This document shows, piece after piece, positions 63,183 through 64,000 of a stretch of 64,000 nt of DNA (positions are counted from its first letter, which is position 1; every line of letters starts with the position of its first letter). Position numbers and translations under genes: made by a program. The notes under the pieces are model-generated. The model ran no database searches. It was not told where the DNA came from and was given only the letters and a program-made list of their open reading frames with translations. The stretch is from contig CM075991.1 of NCBI GenBank assembly GCA_038087875.1, positions 4,340,001 to 4,404,000 of the forward strand, given 5' to 3'. The DNA is from Malacoraja senta (taxonomy: Eukaryota).

Positions 63183-63676
63183 ATGAGACCAAGCGGAGGC
63201 TTGGCGATCGTTTCGCCGAACACCTCCGGTCGGTCCGCAATAACCAACCTGAACTCCCGGTTGCTCAGCACTTTAACTCCCCCTCCCATTCCGTATCTGA
63301 CCTCTCAGTCCTGGGTCTCCTCCATGGCCACAGCGAGCAACACCGTAAATTGGAGGAAATGCACCTCATATTCCGCTTGGGCAGTCTACATCCTGGGGGT
63401 TTGAACATTGAATTCTCCCAATTCTGCTAGCCCTTGCTGTCCCCTCCCCTTCATCAGCCATCTGGTTGTCTCCTCCCCTCCCCCAGCCCTCGGGCTCCTC
63501 CTCCGCCTTTTTCCTTTTTTCCTTTCTTCTCCCCACCCCCTATCAGTCTGAAGAAGGGTTTCGGCCCGAAACGTTACCTATTTCCTTCGCTCCATAGATG
63601 CTGCTGCACCCACTGAGTTTCTCCAGCATTTTTGTGTACCTTCGATTTTCCAGCATCTGCAGTTCCTTCTTTAACA
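63183..63676 (+). mobile_element. Penelope-like element 3' end: GIY-YIG C-terminus plus terminal repeat
   Basis: ETKRRLGDRFAEHLRSV...PVAQHFNSPSH...RKLEEMHLIFRLGSLHPGGLNIEF*; CTGAAGAAGGGTTTCGGCCCGAAACGTT at 63548-63575. Confidence 0.9.
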
Positions 63677-64000
63677 TCCTATCTGCTGCCATCTGGTTCA
63701 CTCCCTGATCCAGAATGTGAGCCAGGGCTACTGGGTGTGAGTGAGCTGTGCAGCCAAAGCCAATGTGGATTCCGCCAAGGTTTGCTGGATCTCCCAGCTG
63801 CTCGCCAATTTAACTTCCTTTCCCAGTCCCACACTGATCTTGTGTGCAGGAAGGAACTGCAGATGCTGGTTTAAACCGAAGATAGACACAAAAAGCTGGA
63901 GTAACTCAGCGGGACAGACAGCATCTTTGGAGAAAAGGAATAGGTGATGTTTCGGGTCAAGACCGTTCTTCAGGGTCTCTACCCAAAACGTCGCCCATTG

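Overview
Eukaryotic, repeat-saturated non-genic (intergenic or deep intronic) DNA. The repeat content (HE1-type tRNA-headed V-SINEs and HER1/CR1 LINE tails) points to a cartilaginous fish, probably a skate or ray; this is an inference. I found no convincing host exon. Nearly all listed ORFs are transposon fragments or microsatellite read-through. Main elements: (1) a complete 8-kb Gmr1-type Gypsy LTR retrotransposon (24788-32845, minus; about 99% identical LTRs, tRNA-Pro PBS, PPT, 5-bp TSD, integrase upstream of RT) that sits in a CR1 and carries three younger insertions; (2) a young 5'-truncated L1 with an open ORF2 of about 970 codons (45591-48832); (3) Rex-Babar, CR1 and Penelope fragments, PIF/Harbinger and hAT MITEs, about 20 SINEs, microsatellites and two 200-N gaps. 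Best candidate for something new: a 136-bp TSD-flanked, (GAA)n-tailed non-coding retroelement (40969-41104; second copy 43571-43699) whose first 54 nt fold by hand into a minimal HDV/CPEB3-like ribozyme starting exactly at the element's first base. Also notable: about 20 Penelope-associated hammerhead-type motifs in TSD-flanked fold-back mini-elements, and a GC-rich non-autonomous retroposon core found with different LINE tails. Boundaries without a stated TSD are approximate.
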